The notes under the pieces are model-generated. The model did no database searches. It saw nothing but the letters and a program-made list of their open reading frames with translations, and was not told where the DNA came from. Of a DNA stretch of 64,000 bases, positions 63,400-64,000 are shown piece after piece. Where the stretch lies: the NCBI GenBank assembly GCA_028023455.1, contig JAQFVV010000006.1, positions 9,548,001 through 9,612,000 of the forward strand, read 5' to 3'. Each line of letters starts with the position of its first letter. Position 1 is the stretch's first letter. Both the position numbers and the translations under genes were made by a program. The DNA is from Epiperipatus broadwayi (Eukaryota > Animalia > Onychophora).

Positions 63400-64000
63400 A
63401 ACTTATCAATGATTATTAATATCTCAGGTTTTCAGCACATAATGTAAATGTTATATAATGAGTGTGGGTAGCTCTTAACAAGCTTTTCATCCAGTGAGGC
63501 CTAGGATATTCAGACATAAGATCTAAAAATACCAGCTTAAGCCCAGCATTTTATCTAATAGTTAGCTATTAAGTAGAAAATATGAAATTTTCAGACATCT
63601 ATATGTCTTCATATCCACTTAAATAGCCATATGGGACTGAACTAAGTTCAATTACACCATATATTAATAGCTTTAGCAATATAACATTGTCAGTCTTGAG
63701 CAAAACTATAATTGCAAGGAAATCAAGTCATGTATCATGTGACTTGACTTAATAATCTTGTACTGCAAATGTTATATAATGAGTGTTAATAGCTTTTAAC
63801 AAGCTTTTTCAAATATTCTATGTCCAGATCAGTTTCTAGCTACTGGCTGTCATCAGTGAGACACTAGGATATTTAGACATTTGATCTAAAAATTCCTTAT
63901 CAAGCCCAGCATTTATCTAATCTGAAATTTTCAGACATCTACATGTCTTCAAATCCATCTATCTAACTTAAATAGCCATATGGGACTGAACTAAGTTCAG
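63400..64000 (-). mobile_element. HH-C head-to-tail dimer (runs off the window end)
   Basis: aaatgttatataatgagtg at ~63446 and ~63768; first unit lacks the core; second has a hammerhead at 63812-63873 (-): CUGAUGA-CAGC-CAGUA-GCUA-GAAAC-UG-AUC. Confidence 0.85.

Overview
Very AT-rich, CpG-depleted eukaryotic DNA (probably an invertebrate; inferred, not shown) made almost entirely of transposon-derived and other repeats. No host gene can be named; only one possible exon pair was seen. Clear elements: a full-length but inactivated hAT (Charlie/SPIN/Buster-type) transposon with TIRs and a perfect 8-bp TSD, a hAT MITE with an 8-bp TSD, a nested hAT fossil, RTE and other LINE fragments, a Penelope-like RT fossil and tRNA-derived SINE heads. 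The main unexpected signal is roughly 40 or more (manual count, mostly degenerate) type I hammerhead-ribozyme motifs. They fall into at least five non-coding repeat families, named here HH-A to HH-E. These occur as head-to-tail multimers (88 bp, about 360 bp and 440-495 bp units), as circularly permuted monomers and as fold-back pairs, and most have a short palindromic helix III. This fits a system of retrozymes or Penelope-type pseudo-LTR elements with unusual core variants. All structures were read by eye; ribozyme activity is untested and many coordinates are approximate.
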